From the NCBI RefSeq assembly GCF_964204645.1, contig NC_134028.1:23618345-23682344 (forward strand): 64,000 nucleotides of DNA, in the 5' to 3' direction. Under the pieces are notes generated by a model. The model was not told the DNA's origin and ran no database searches. It saw only the letters and a program-made list of their open reading frames with translations. The DNA comes from Tubulanus polymorphus (Eukaryota > Animalia > Nemertea). Positions 62,401 to 64,000 of this stretch are shown piece by piece; within the stretch, counting starts at the first letter, position 1; the number at the start of each line of letters is the position of its first letter. The position numbers were made by a program, and so were the translations under genes.

Positions 62401-64000
62401 TCGATTCTGATTTCTAAAATTCTTAAGTTCGTTATGCTAGGATATGATTCATTTGTGCTGCACTTCAATACACTGTGTAGCCCCTGTATAGTAACAATGT
62501 CCATTTAGCTCAATCAGTGTCAGTAAAGTTGTCAGATTTGCGGAGTGAGTTTAACATCAAAGCAGCGAATATTTGGTGGGGTGCTCTTTCTGTATGGTAT
62601 ATTTTTCATGTATTGATTTGGAATGAACTTAAAGGTCACATTTTGAATCATGTGATTAATTCAAATCACCGTCTGACTCGAAATTTCATACATTTTGATG
62701 GAAATTCAATTTTACCGCGATGCAAAGTATGAATTTTGATCATATGAATTTCTTTGAACTCCGATGAAAATACGTATGATTCAGTTCCACAGAGGTCCTC
62801 GAGAGTCAAATCGAGAACCGTGAATCGGTCCAGATACACTTGAGAAAGTATCAGATTGTTATTGGTTTGGTTTTGATGGTTTACGTTTTCAAAATAATTC
62901 ATCCAATACACAAAATAAATTTGACGTGAAAAAATACAAGAAATTGCGTGCATGCAGGGAATCCTCGTACATTGCAGTCGGTATTTTTCGTAGCTTCAAT
63001 TAAAAAGAAAAACTCGTGATTTAGTGATACCCGACTGATCAATCAAAACTGTAAACACTACCATTTCATTCATTAGTTGTGAATTTATCAAATCATGTAT
63101 TCGTTGCGCCGTGGCTTCTGTGTTCGTGATAGAAAATGCAGTTTTTCGTTCAGAACGAAGCCGGTTCTTAATTGATGCAAATCATGGTGGAATTTCCAAA
63201 TAGGTGGAAGGTGAGGGGAGGTGGGGTCCAATTGATCCAGTCAATGAAATCAAGCTTTACGTCTAAAAACCACACTGTCAGGACAAGGACGAGATGTAAG
63301 GCTGGAGATGTCGGTGTGTTTTACCCTAAAATATAATGCGAATTTAACCAAAAATACATATATAAAGAGGATGTATTTTTGATATAACTTAATATCATTT
63401 TTTTTCTCCAATGCCGCATTTCTGGGAGCTGATGGCTGAAATAGGAAATCGAGAAGGATGGTGAATTAAAGAACTGGTTCCAGAAACTGGTCCCGATGCC
63501 ACTGTTTGATTCGGGATTGAATTTCAAGAAATGTGATCAAGTCCGATCGAAGCGAGTGGTGAGATATTTAGAACAGAGTGTGTTATATTCAATAAATATA
63601 ATTTTATAATGTGTATTTATCTAATTCTTCAATAATGTCACTGAATAAATCTGAATTTTTTTATTTTTACACAGGTCTGAAATAAATTTCCAGGCCTAAT
63701 TCGGTGCTTCGCCATCGTTATGCGAACATAATCTACTTATTGAATTGAATTCCTCCTCTGGCATGTGAATAATCACTACGCTACCGCTTTCGCTAACCTG
63801 GGAGTACTATGAAAACTGATTGCAAAAATCCATGTGAAAAAAGAAAAGGTGCCATGAACAAAACAGCATTGGTGAATAATTTCTTTTGAAATAGAATGGA
63901 AGTGAAAAAACTATTCCATATCTCTCACATGCCGCAGTAAGACGCTGACGGGTTCGAATCCCACGAATGATACATTTATAGGCGTTCTATGCCGGATCTT

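Overview
Eukaryotic (animal) genomic DNA: AT-rich, not obviously CpG-depleted, with GT-AG introns at human-like positions. It is probably a non-vertebrate bilaterian; the species cannot be determined from the sequence. Four spliced genes were assembled by hand. (1) The 5' end of a POLDIP3/SKAR-like gene (minus strand, runs off the left edge). (2) Head-to-head with it, splicing factor 1/branch-point binding protein SF1 (plus, 13 coding exons, 1040-10174, 598 aa). (3) Calcineurin A catalytic subunit, PPP3C-like (plus, 13 coding exons, 11907-50566, 488 aa, probably a very long 3' UTR). (4) TMEM11 (minus, 2 exons, 174 aa). Introns are packed with short non-autonomous DNA transposons (Harbinger-, piggyBac-, pogo- and hAT-like), tRNA-derived SINEs, two minisatellites and a Penelope-like insert with a hammerhead ribozyme core. 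There is no CRISPR array, rRNA or convincing tRNA. The best candidates for undescribed biology are RNA-level. One is an apparent splicing-control module in SF1 intron 3 (weak flanking sites, clustered consensus 5' splice sites, stop-containing cryptic exons, two G-U-containing hairpins). The others are a 12-nt in-frame microexon in calcineurin A and a calcineurin last-intron read-through that encodes a second copy of the conserved GKQSLKSA segment. These are hypotheses from sequence only; homolog comparisons are from memory and need database checks.
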